IMG/VR virus record: IMGVR_UViG_3300045970_000214
Length of the DNA: 44,753 nucleotides
Direction: 5' to 3' (one strand)
Source of the DNA: a virus
Below are positions 1 through 7,313 of this stretch, in pieces (position 1 is the first letter of the stretch; every line of letters starts with the position of its first letter). The notes under the pieces are model-generated. The model saw only the letters and a program-made list of their open reading frames with translations, was not told the origin of the DNA and ran no database searches. Both the position numbers and the translations under genes were made by a program.

Positions 1-127
1 TGATAGCACAAAAGAAACTTCAGACAATGGAACGAGTCTTAAATAATCCTAAGGCTTCTCTTGCTGAAGTTATAGCAATGAGGAAATCTCTTTCTGAGAT
101 AGATAAAGATAAAGAAGTTCCACAAGA
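1..127. repeat. Terminal overlap copy A (identical to 44627-44753); marks circular closure of the contig
   Basis: Direct comparison: nt 1-127 (tgatagcacaaaag...gttccacaaga) equal nt 44627-44753 base for base. Confidence 0.95.
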
Positions 128-1856
128 AATTGTAAAAGAACAGGCAAAGCCATTATCTCTCAAAGAACTCTTGTTTAAACAGCGTGGAATAGATGCTGCA
201 ATTAAACTAGGTCTTATGAGCGAAACTAAGGAAAATACATCTCAGGAGAAGGCAGAAGATATTATACTCTCACATTCTCCTGAGATCATAAAAGAAGTTA
301 AGAAGAACGAACAGTTCTCTATGAACATAAAGCTTAATGCGGAACAGCTTCTTGCAAAGGAAATGGCTTTCGCAGGTAAGAGCTTCTGTATCATAGGAGC
401 AGCAGGTACAGGAAAGACAACAGCACAACGTGAGATAGCAGCCGAACTCTTGAGACAAGATAAGCTAGGAACTCATGTCTTTCGCGTACAAGGACAGGGA
501 ACCCGAGTCTCAGCACCTTCTATTGCCTTCATTGCAATGACAAGGATAGCATCTGGTAATCTTAGAAGAGCAATACATAAAGATCCTGATCTTGAGGCAG
601 TCTTTGAGCATAACATAACAACAGCACATAACCTTCTAGAATATCAACCTGAGACATATTGGGATCCTCTAGAAGAGAAAGAGAAGTTCCGCTTTGTTCC
701 TAAAAGAACAGCGAATAACCCTCTTGATATAACTCATCTTGTTATCGAAGAATCTTCTATGGTAGATGTGGCTAATATGTGGAAGAAACTCTATGATGCT
801 ATGAGATCAGGAACACAAATCATATTCATAGGAGATATAAACCAACTTCCCCCTGTCTTTGGAGCCTCTATTCTCAACTATGCTCTTGTTCAACTCCCTG
901 TAGTAGAACTTAAGACAGTATATAGACAAGCAGGAGATTCTACAATCCTTGAGAACGCACATCGTATTCTTAAGGGTGAATCTCTGAAAGAAGCTCCTGA
1001 CTTCGTTATCATGAGAACAGGAACAGTCCAGCATACTCAGGCTAAGATGAGCCAAATGATAGGACAAACCTTTCCGAAATGGTATAAGGCAGGAGAGTAT
1101 GATCCCGCTCAAGATATTATACTCTCCCCATTCAATAAGCAGGATCTAGGAACAGATAACCTTAACAAGTGGATAGCACAATTCCTAGGAGCTGATAGGG
1201 AAGCAGTAGTACATGAGATCATAGCAGGTATGTCCACACATTATCTTGCAGTCGGGGATAAGATAATGTATAACAAGCAGGTCGGAGAGATTGTAAGAAT
1301 CTCAAGAAATTATGAGTATCAAGGAAAGATACCCCAGCTTGCAGGACAAGATCTTACGAGATTCGGTACACGCATCGCATCTAAGGCAACAGGTGTAGAT
1401 GATGAGCATGATGATTTTGAGCTTGCAGGATATGAGTCTCTTGATCTCGATAAGATCATGGATGAGAATATGAAAGAGGATGTAGTAAGACAAGCCTCAT
1501 CTATTGTAACAATCAAACTTGAGACTGAGGAGGAAATATCTCTTTCAACAGTAGGAGACTTTGCACCTTCTACCTTCTCTCTCGGATACTGTCTCACAGT
1601 ACATAAAGCACAGGGTTGTGAGTGGAGGAAGGTATATATCATCCTTCACAAAGATCATTCTATCATGGCTTTCCGAGAGCTTCTCTATACTGCTGTCACA
1701 AGAGCGAAAGAGAAAGTCGTCCTTATTGCGAAAGACTTCATGATTGAGAAGGCAATAAGAACTCAGAGGATCAAAGGGAATACAATACAAGAGAAAATAG
1801 AATACTTCAACTCTGGAACTCTAACTGATATGGGAGATATATCTTGTCTAAAGTAG
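27..1856 (+). CDS. SF1 RecD/Dda/Pif1-like DNA helicase (true start probably 44608 across the junction)
   Basis: Walker A GAAGTGKTT; Walker B-like LVIEESSMV; FIGDINQLPPV; C-terminal LTVHKAQGCEW motif typical of RecD-type helicases. Confidence 0.85.
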   Translation: MERVLNNPKASLAEVIAMRKSLSEIDKDKEVPQEIVKEQAKPLSLKELLFKQRGIDAAIKLGLMSETKENTSQEKAEDIILSHSPEIIKEVKKNEQFSMNIKLNAEQLLAKEMAFAGKSFCIIGAAGTGKTTAQREIAAELLRQDKLGTHVFRVQGQGTRVSAPSIAFIAMTRIASGNLRRAIHKDPDLEAVFEHNITTAHNLLEYQPETYWDPLEEKEKFRFVPKRTANNPLDITHLVIEESSMVDVANMWKKLYDAMRSGTQIIFIGDINQLPPVFGASILNYALVQLPVVELKTVYRQAGDSTILENAHRILKGESLKEAPDFVIMRTGTVQHTQAKMSQMIGQTFPKWYKAGEYDPAQDIILSPFNKQDLGTDNLNKWIAQFLGADREAVVHEIIAGMSTHYLAVGDKIMYNKQVGEIVRISRNYEYQGKIPQLAGQDLTRFGTRIASKATGVDDEHDDFELAGYESLDLDKIMDENMKEDVVRQASSIVTIKLETEEEISLSTVGDFAPSTFSLGYCLTVHKAQGCEWRKVYIILHKDHSIMAFRELLYTAVTRAKEKVVLIAKDFMIEKAIRTQRIKGNTIQEKIEYFNSGTLTDMGDISCLK

Positions 1857-2026
1857 AATGTGTAGGAATACCTGAAGTATCTTGCTTTCATTGTATCTTC
1901 TGGAAGGATAACAATGATGCGATACTCTCAGGTCGTTGTGAGATATATGAGGTAGATTGTCCACATAACGATCATTGCGATCATATGCTTGATAAACGAG
2001 TTCTTAAGAGGATGGATATAAAATGA
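1844..2026 (+). CDS. Small Cys/His-rich protein (possible zinc binding), function unknown
   Basis: 60-aa ORF with 6 Cys and 4 His (CVG..CFHC..C..C..HNDHCDH); 13-nt overlap with the helicase stop. Confidence 0.45.
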   Translation: MSKVECVGIPEVSCFHCIFWKDNNDAILSGRCEIYEVDCPHNDHCDHMLDKRVLKRMDIK

Positions 2027-2157
2027 TAAAGGAAATAAGATTCGGAATAGGGATGATCTTTGTTATCCTAACCTCTCCCTGTGTCATAATCGGAATCTTT
2101 GCTAAGTTCATAATGACTTGGATAGAGATCGGTTATCATCTCTTTGATAAGGATTAG
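2023..2157 (+). CDS. 44-aa hydrophobic (membrane-type) small protein
   Basis: Not in the ORF track (<60 aa). ATGA start/stop overlap with the upstream ORF. Reads MIKEIRFGIGMIFVILTSPCVIIGIFAKFIMTWIEIGYHLFDKD, with one or two predicted TM segments. Confidence 0.4.
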   Translation: MIKEIRFGIGMIFVILTSPCVIIGIFAKFIMTWIEIGYHLFDKD

Positions 2158-2160
2158 ATC

Positions 2161-2487
2161 ATGCCAAAAGGTATAACATTTGTTCCTTCATCTTCTAAGA
2201 ATGGGAGAAAACTAAGACATAAGAAGGGAGCTATCCTCTCAGCAGATTATACTATTCCAAAAGATATATCCGATTGGAACAAGAATATAGAACAGAAGAG
2301 AAAGGAGAAAGAGATGGCTAAGAATTCATACGGGAAGCTCCCTCCACTTCCTATCATAGAAATACATGATGATATGGAATACGATGAGGAAGGGAGGGAA
2401 GAATACGAGGAAGAGAATAGAAGGAATAGAGAAGAGTTCCGAGAAGATGAGGATCAAAGACTGGATGATCCACGTCATGGGTCTTAA
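2161..2487 (+). CDS. Hypothetical highly charged protein (basic N-terminal half, acidic C-terminal half)
   Basis: 108-aa ORF in the co-directional tightly packed early block. Confidence 0.5.
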   Translation: MPKGITFVPSSSKNGRKLRHKKGAILSADYTIPKDISDWNKNIEQKRKEKEMAKNSYGKLPPLPIIEIHDDMEYDEEGREEYEEENRRNREEFREDEDQRLDDPRHGS

Positions 2488-2911
2488 AGAACTCTTGTTA
2501 GCTCAAAGGGGGGTTCAAGAGGCAGACTCCCTTGAGCCTTCTATTAAGGAAGAGATAGAAGAGGAGACTAGGAAGTTTCCTTTCTATGCTCTCCTTCTTC
2601 TATACGACAGAGCATATAGTAAAGATCTTTACATAAACTACATGGAAGGATTCAAACTTCTTGTTGACTTTCTATCTCCTATAGAAGTTCCTCCGATGGA
2701 AGAATGTAAAAATACTATGGTTCCTAAACTATATCATAACTATGATGCCCATGAAATAGAGAGAGTTGTAGGATGTAATAGTAAACAGCTCTTTAAAGCC
2801 TATGAAGAGACTGTTAAGATATTATACGGAAAAATTTGGATTGACAATTTCGGAGTTTCCGCGTATAATCTTCATAATACCAACTCAACCACAGAGGAGG
2901 CTATCTTATGA
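2477..2911 (+). CDS. Hypothetical protein (144 aa, start moved to MGLKELL)
   Basis: The track ORF 2366..2911 overlaps the upstream ORF by 122 nt. The ATG at 2477 overlaps it by only 11 nt. Confidence 0.5.
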   Translation: MGLKELLLAQRGVQEADSLEPSIKEEIEEETRKFPFYALLLLYDRAYSKDLYINYMEGFKLLVDFLSPIEVPPMEECKNTMVPKLYHNYDAHEIERVVGCNSKQLFKAYEETVKILYGKIWIDNFGVSAYNLHNTNSTTEEAIL

Positions 2912-3249
2912 CAACTGATAAGGATATTACAGAAATGAACATAGAAGAAAATATAGAGGATGATGAGATGTCTTTCTCTGAGATCTTCGCAGCAGTTACC
3001 TTGAATGGAGAGGTTATTATAACAATCCCTCCAGAAGAAGTTGAGAGGACTAAGACTGGAATCAAGAATCTTAAGAGCAAGCAGGCTACTAGATTCAAAG
3101 AGGATGGTCTTGTCCCTGATCCTTCTGTCCTCACTTTTGTAGAACGTCTTTCAGAAGAATATGATGGAATGATTGATCTCTCAATCTCTCTCGCAAGAAA
3201 GAGTGTTGTTAAGATCAAGAAGATCCAGATCCCAGATGATAAATTCTGA
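2908..3249 (+). CDS. Hypothetical acidic protein (113 aa)
   Basis: ATGA-type overlap with the upstream stop; N-terminus rich in D/E. Confidence 0.5.
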   Translation: MTTDKDITEMNIEENIEDDEMSFSEIFAAVTLNGEVIITIPPEEVERTKTGIKNLKSKQATRFKEDGLVPDPSVLTFVERLSEEYDGMIDLSISLARKSVVKIKKIQIPDDKF

Positions 3250-3412
3250 ACAAGATAAAGAGCAAGAACAGGAAGAATGTGATCATAATTGGGAATTCTG
3301 TGATGATTCTTTTGATCATGAATATGGTACAGAACAAGTACATTATTTCCTTTGTTCTGAATGTGGTGAAACAAGAGATGTAGAACCAGGAGATTTTGAC
3401 TATGACGATTGA
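3236..3412 (+). CDS. Small zinc-ribbon-like protein (58 aa)
   Basis: Internal ATG at 3236 minimises overlap. Cys pairs CDHNWEFC and CSEC; acidic C-terminus DFDYDD. Confidence 0.4.
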   Translation: MINSEQDKEQEQEECDHNWEFCDDSFDHEYGTEQVHYFLCSECGETRDVEPGDFDYDD

Positions 3413-3716
3413 ACTAAATGAAGTAGATATAAAGCAAGCAGCTTCAGATATTACACAGCGTATAAATCAACTTGACTCATTATCTGGAGAGAGTCTTAAG
3501 AGCGAGATGAGCCAGCTTAAACGCGCTCTCCTAGATAATCCCGCAGCTTGTGCTCTCCTCCTTCCAGAAGATATAGGAATGATGGTAGCGAATCTTCGGA
3601 AGGTAGTAGGAACTGCTATCATGGCATCCTCGAAACCAGCTAAGGAGAAGAAAGATAAGAAGAAACAGATGACTCCTGAGGAACTTAAAGCAGCTCTTGA
3701 AGATGAGGACTTCTGA
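3396..3716 (+). CDS. Hypothetical helical protein with Lys-rich linker and acidic C-terminal tail ending in Phe (..LEDEDF)
   Basis: 106-aa ORF; the tail resembles SSB / T7 gp2.5-type C-terminal tails (see findings). Confidence 0.5.
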   Translation: MTMTIELNEVDIKQAASDITQRINQLDSLSGESLKSEMSQLKRALLDNPAACALLLPEDIGMMVANLRKVVGTAIMASSKPAKEKKDKKKQMTPEELKAALEDEDF

Positions 3717-3717
3717 G

Positions 3718-3996
3718 ATGACAACTTCTAGACTCGTAATAGATGGTTCCTTCAAAGATCAAGAGATCCAAGCGAAGGATACTAAGACTCTCGATGTCTT
3801 TACAAGGAAAGGAGAATCAGCTTACTACATGAGAGTTAAGCCGACTCACTATCTCTTGAATTCAACTCTGATATGCGATTCCATTAATAAGAATAAACCT
3901 CTCATTGTGAATCTCACAAATGGATCTTGCTATTTCCTCAATGATAGTGAGATGGTAACTCTTGTCACGAAAGCAAGAATGGTAGTCGAGGAATGA
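3718..3996 (+). CDS. Hypothetical protein (92 aa)
   Basis: ATG at 3718 lies 1 nt after the upstream stop; the track start at 3697 would overlap. Confidence 0.45.
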   Translation: MTTSRLVIDGSFKDQEIQAKDTKTLDVFTRKGESAYYMRVKPTHYLLNSTLICDSINKNKPLIVNLTNGSCYFLNDSEMVTLVTKARMVVEE

Positions 3997-3997
3997 T

Positions 3998-4168
3998 ATG
4001 GACTACATTGTAATATCTCAGCCTACTAACGGAGATGCTGAAGTGGTATATTTTCTTCCGCCTTGCACCAAGAATGAAGCTTTTGAACAAGCTAAGAAGA
4101 TAGCTATATTAAGAGAAGAACCTGTACTTGTAGGATGTATCTTAGACACAATCGGAAACAATACATAG
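3998..4168 (+). CDS. Hypothetical small protein (56 aa)
   Basis: Not in the track (<60 aa). ATG lies 1 nt after the upstream stop and the ORF fills an otherwise empty 210-nt gap. Reads MDYIVISQPTNGDAEVVYFLPPCTKNEAFEQAKKIAILREEPVLVGCILDTIGNNT. Confidence 0.35.
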   Translation: MDYIVISQPTNGDAEVVYFLPPCTKNEAFEQAKKIAILREEPVLVGCILDTIGNNT

Positions 4169-4175
4169 ACACATA

Positions 4176-4195
4176 ACGCAGTTACGCAGACAACG
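4176..4195 (+). promoter_or_regulatory. Intergenic box ACGCAGTTAC..CAACG, copy 1
   Basis: The 10-mer ACGCAGTTAC followed by CAACG recurs at 6574-6595 in the only other comparable + strand spacer. Confidence 0.4.
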
Positions 4196-4207
4196 AAAGG
4201 ATATAAA

Positions 4208-4519
4208 ATGAGTTCAAAAGTAGAAGGTAGTACCTTGATAAGTGAGTTCTTTCTCTGTGCTTCCTATTCCACATGGGATAAGAAAACAGATTATCATCTC
4301 TTTCTATCGGATATGACAGATCATGGCTATCCTATGATTAAGAAGGTGACTGTAAAGACAAAGATACCAGCACATGATGATCTTCGTCCTGCGATTGTGG
4401 CAGGTCTAAGGAAGAAGATAGACGGAATACGTGCTGAGAAACAGAAAGAGATAAACGAAGTAGAAGAACAGATCCAGCAACTTCTAGCGATAGAAGATTT
4501 CTCAACGAGGGAAGAATGA
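4208..4519 (+). CDS. Hypothetical protein (103 aa)
   Basis: ORF preceded by gaaaggatataaaATG (SD-like). Confidence 0.55.
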   Translation: MSSKVEGSTLISEFFLCASYSTWDKKTDYHLFLSDMTDHGYPMIKKVTVKTKIPAHDDLRPAIVAGLRKKIDGIRAEKQKEINEVEEQIQQLLAIEDFSTREE

Positions 4520-5403
4520 AATACCGCCTATCTCACTCAGCTCTTGATCTCCTTAATGTATGCGAGAGAAAGTTCCAGCTTGATCGTCTATTAGCTGGGA
4601 TCAAGAGTAAGCAAGACTGGCCTGCTACTGTTCTTGGAACAGCCTTCGGTAAAGGTGTTGCTTCATATCTCACCTTCCGTGACATAGATCAGGCAATCTT
4701 CGCAACCTATCTTGGCTTCTCCCCTGTTGTGGAAGATGAGAAGAGAACAGAAGAGATCGCAGTTAATCTCATAACAACAGCTATTCCCTATCTTGAGAAC
4801 ATTCTCATGGACTGGGACATAGCAGTCTTTAATAACAAGCCTGCCGTAGAACTTTCGTTCCGTCTCAACATAGATGAGGACTTCTATTTCGTAGGATATA
4901 TCGACATCATCCTTAGAAATAAGTTCAATGGAAGATCTGGAGTCCTTGAAGTTAAAACAACAGCTCTTAATCTATTCGATCTTGATCCCATTTATAGGAA
5001 CTCCGGCCAAGCCCTAGGCTATTCAATTGTTCTTGACAAGATCCTTGGGGAATCTCAGGCAGAGTATGATGTGATATATCAGGTAGGTCAATTAGGTGCT
5101 GGGAATGGCTTTCAACCAAAGCACTCTACTCTGTTCTATCCTAAGACATTATCTGATCGTCTTAACTGGTTCATAACTCTTGGGATGGATGTTGAGAGAC
5201 TTCATCGTATGCTTCAGATGAACATCTTTCCCATGAGAGGATCTCATTGCCTTCAGTATATGAGGCCTTGCTATCATCTAGGAACCTGTGACCTTCATAC
5301 CCTAGATGATTATAAAGAAATAGAGGAAGATAAGATTGTATATGATTTTGTCTACTCTTTGAATGATGTAATAGATGAACACCTCAGAAGGATAGCACAA
5401 TGA
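4516..5403 (+). CDS. Cas4/RecB-family PD-(D/E)XK exonuclease with probable Fe-S cluster
   Basis: GYIDI...LEVKTT (D...ExK); SGQALGYS (QxxxY-type motif); N-terminal CERKF Cys plus C-terminal CLQYMRPCYHLGTC Cys triad. Confidence 0.85.
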   Translation: MKYRLSHSALDLLNVCERKFQLDRLLAGIKSKQDWPATVLGTAFGKGVASYLTFRDIDQAIFATYLGFSPVVEDEKRTEEIAVNLITTAIPYLENILMDWDIAVFNNKPAVELSFRLNIDEDFYFVGYIDIILRNKFNGRSGVLEVKTTALNLFDLDPIYRNSGQALGYSIVLDKILGESQAEYDVIYQVGQLGAGNGFQPKHSTLFYPKTLSDRLNWFITLGMDVERLHRMLQMNIFPMRGSHCLQYMRPCYHLGTCDLHTLDDYKEIEEDKIVYDFVYSLNDVIDEHLRRIAQ

Positions 5404-5744
5404 GCCAAGATATTGAAAAGACATTAGAGGAACGAGGATCTCGTTATGGTTCCTTTGATAGCCATGCTATGATTACTCAATCCATCAAGAGAGTATATAT
5501 CGTGACTCCTAATTGGGATCGTCTAGCAGACGACCAGAGAGAATGTCTTGATATGATAGCTCATAAGATCGGAAGGATTCTGAATGGAGATCCAAACTAT
5601 CATGATTCATGGCATGACATCGTAGGATATACGAAGCTTGTGGCAGATCGTCTACTTTCGAAGCAACAAGTTCCTATAGGAGAGATAAAAGAAGTGACAA
5701 TAAAAGAATATGAACAGATGATGGCAGCGGGGATAAGGAAATGA
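5400..5744 (+). CDS. MazG-like / all-alpha NTP-pyrophosphohydrolase-fold protein (DUF1599/DUF6378-like)
   Basis: N-terminal ERGSRYGSF motif, later HKIGRIL and WHDIVGY; resemblance recalled from memory only. Confidence 0.4.
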   Translation: MSQDIEKTLEERGSRYGSFDSHAMITQSIKRVYIVTPNWDRLADDQRECLDMIAHKIGRILNGDPNYHDSWHDIVGYTKLVADRLLSKQQVPIGEIKEVTIKEYEQMMAAGIRK

Positions 5745-6571
5745 AACTCTCAGAACTTTCTAAGGCTGTACAAGCAAAGCCTAATCATTCTATCCTCTTA
5801 TACGGTCGTCCTAAGACAGGGAAAACCCGCCTCGTAGGAACAGCAGCTAAGATTCCTGAACTTAAGAGAATAGTCTTTGTTGATCTTGAGAACGGAGCAG
5901 AGACTCTCACACATATGGGTCTCTCAGAACAAGAACTCGACAAAATAGACTTGATTAAACTCCCAGATACAAGAGATAATCCGATAGGAATTGTCACACT
6001 TCTTAAGATGTTCTCTTCTAAGGATGATGTCTTGATCTGTCACAATCATGGTAAGATAGGTTGTGTAGAATGTAAAGATCCTAAGATGAATACTGTGTTC
6101 AATCTAAGGAAGCTGACACATAATGATCTTCTCATCATAGATTCTGGCTCTCAACTCGGAGACTCCGCCCTGAATTTAGCCTGTGCTGGAATGGATATAA
6201 CATTCAAACCTGGCTTTACTGAATTCGGAACAGCCTCTAAATATCTCGGAGACCTTCTATCCACGATGCAACAAGCATACTTCACGAACTTCGTTATGGT
6301 CTCTCATGAGATAGCAATTGAAGAGGAACATAATGGAGTTAAGAAGGATGTTATATTCCCTCTCGTAGGATCAAGAAACTTCTGCCAGAAGGTAGGAAAG
6401 TATTTCGGAACAATAGCTCATGTCGAAATCAAGATGAGCAAACATATTGCAGGATCTTCTTCTACATTCAGAAGCGACTGCATAACAGGCTCCCGTCTTA
6501 ACGCTAAGATGGAGTCTGCGAAGGAACCTGATATGAGATCTATCCTCATAGATGGTGGTGTTCTAGCGTAA
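5741..6571 (+). CDS. AAA_24 / Sak4-like RecA-fold ATPase (recombination mediator)
   Basis: Walker A LLYGRPKTGKT; Walker B LLIIDSGS; sits between the nuclease and the SSB-like gene. Confidence 0.7.
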   Translation: MKLSELSKAVQAKPNHSILLYGRPKTGKTRLVGTAAKIPELKRIVFVDLENGAETLTHMGLSEQELDKIDLIKLPDTRDNPIGIVTLLKMFSSKDDVLICHNHGKIGCVECKDPKMNTVFNLRKLTHNDLLIIDSGSQLGDSALNLACAGMDITFKPGFTEFGTASKYLGDLLSTMQQAYFTNFVMVSHEIAIEEEHNGVKKDVIFPLVGSRNFCQKVGKYFGTIAHVEIKMSKHIAGSSSTFRSDCITGSRLNAKMESAKEPDMRSILIDGGVLA

Positions 6572-6573
6572 GC

Positions 6574-6595
6574 ACGCAGTTACATTCTCTCAACG
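6574..6595 (+). promoter_or_regulatory. Intergenic box ACGCAGTTAC..CAACG, copy 2
   Basis: Identical 10-mer to 4176-4185, followed by CAACG after 7 nt. Confidence 0.4.
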
Positions 6596-6622
6596 CAATG
6601 CAAATAGAAAGGTAATAGAATC

Positions 6623-7117
6623 ATGACTAAAGAAACTGCAACTCTGTTGGATCTAGAAGCAATGGCGAACGAGACTCTGGATGCGATTCCAGAAGCTCCT
6701 GATTATTCTAACCCTCCCGCAGGAGAGTATCGTCTGAGCTGTCAGGATGCGAAGATTGATAAGTATAAGACGAAAGAAAAGCAAGGCCAGCCCTCCGTAG
6801 AAGCTCAACGCCTCAAGATCACATACTCGATTCTTGAGACCAAGAGCACGGCAGAAGGTGAGCAGCCTGTTCCTAATGGTACTCTCTTTACTGAGACTTT
6901 CCAAGGAACGGAACAAGGTCTTTCCTACTTCAAGAAGCGTATCCGTGAGATCATGAATGTGGAAGAGACTACCGGAGTTACTCTGGGAGATATGATGGCT
7001 TCTGTTAAAGGTACGGAATTCAATTGCCGTATCAGCATCAGGAAGTCTCCTAATCCGGCTAAGCCTGGCGAGTTCTATGAGAACGTCCAGATCCGTATTG
7101 TTCCTGCAACGAAGTAA
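6623..7117 (+). CDS. Putative ssDNA-binding protein (DUF669-like partner of Sak4-type ATPases)
   Basis: PPAGEYRLSCQDAKI...LKITYSILE pattern; position directly after the AAA_24-like ATPase; CGT-rich high-expression-type codon usage. Confidence 0.5.
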   Translation: MTKETATLLDLEAMANETLDAIPEAPDYSNPPAGEYRLSCQDAKIDKYKTKEKQGQPSVEAQRLKITYSILETKSTAEGEQPVPNGTLFTETFQGTEQGLSYFKKRIREIMNVEETTGVTLGDMMASVKGTEFNCRISIRKSPNPAKPGEFYENVQIRIVPATK

Positions 7118-7211
7118 TCCCTTGAAAGGAGGTGAGACTATTGGCCAAGAAGAAAGGTGGTGGTAAGAAGTGCTAGTATGTCATAGCCTTCCTACGATGT
7201 GATGTAATACC

Positions 7212-7277
7212 CTGTCCCTTCCTGTTAGGTTCTTCTACCTGAATCTTAACAATCTTGTGGTGAGATGGAAGGGACAG
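7212..7277 (+). promoter_or_regulatory. Long-range hairpin upstream of polA (11-bp perfect stem CTGTCCCTTCC / GGAAGGGACAG, 44-nt loop with two sub-hairpins)
   Basis: Inverted repeat read directly at 7212-7222 and 7267-7277. Confidence 0.45.
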
Positions 7278-7313
7278 ATATATTCCTTCATATAAGAAAG
7301 AGAAGAAAGAGAT

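Noticed and set aside
1-127. Genuine short direct terminal repeat (T7/LUZ24-style physical ends)
   Set aside because: The repeat interrupts an ORF, and its length is exactly the common maximum assembler k-mer. It is kept only as evidence of circular closure (see finding).
2366-2476. Upstream starts given by the ORF track for several + strand genes (2366, 3173, 3697, 11543, 42239, 42731)
   Set aside because: Each creates a long out-of-frame overlap with the preceding gene. Internal ATGs 1-11 nt from the upstream stop (2477, 3236, 3718, 11618, 42257, 42752) fit the tight coupling seen throughout.
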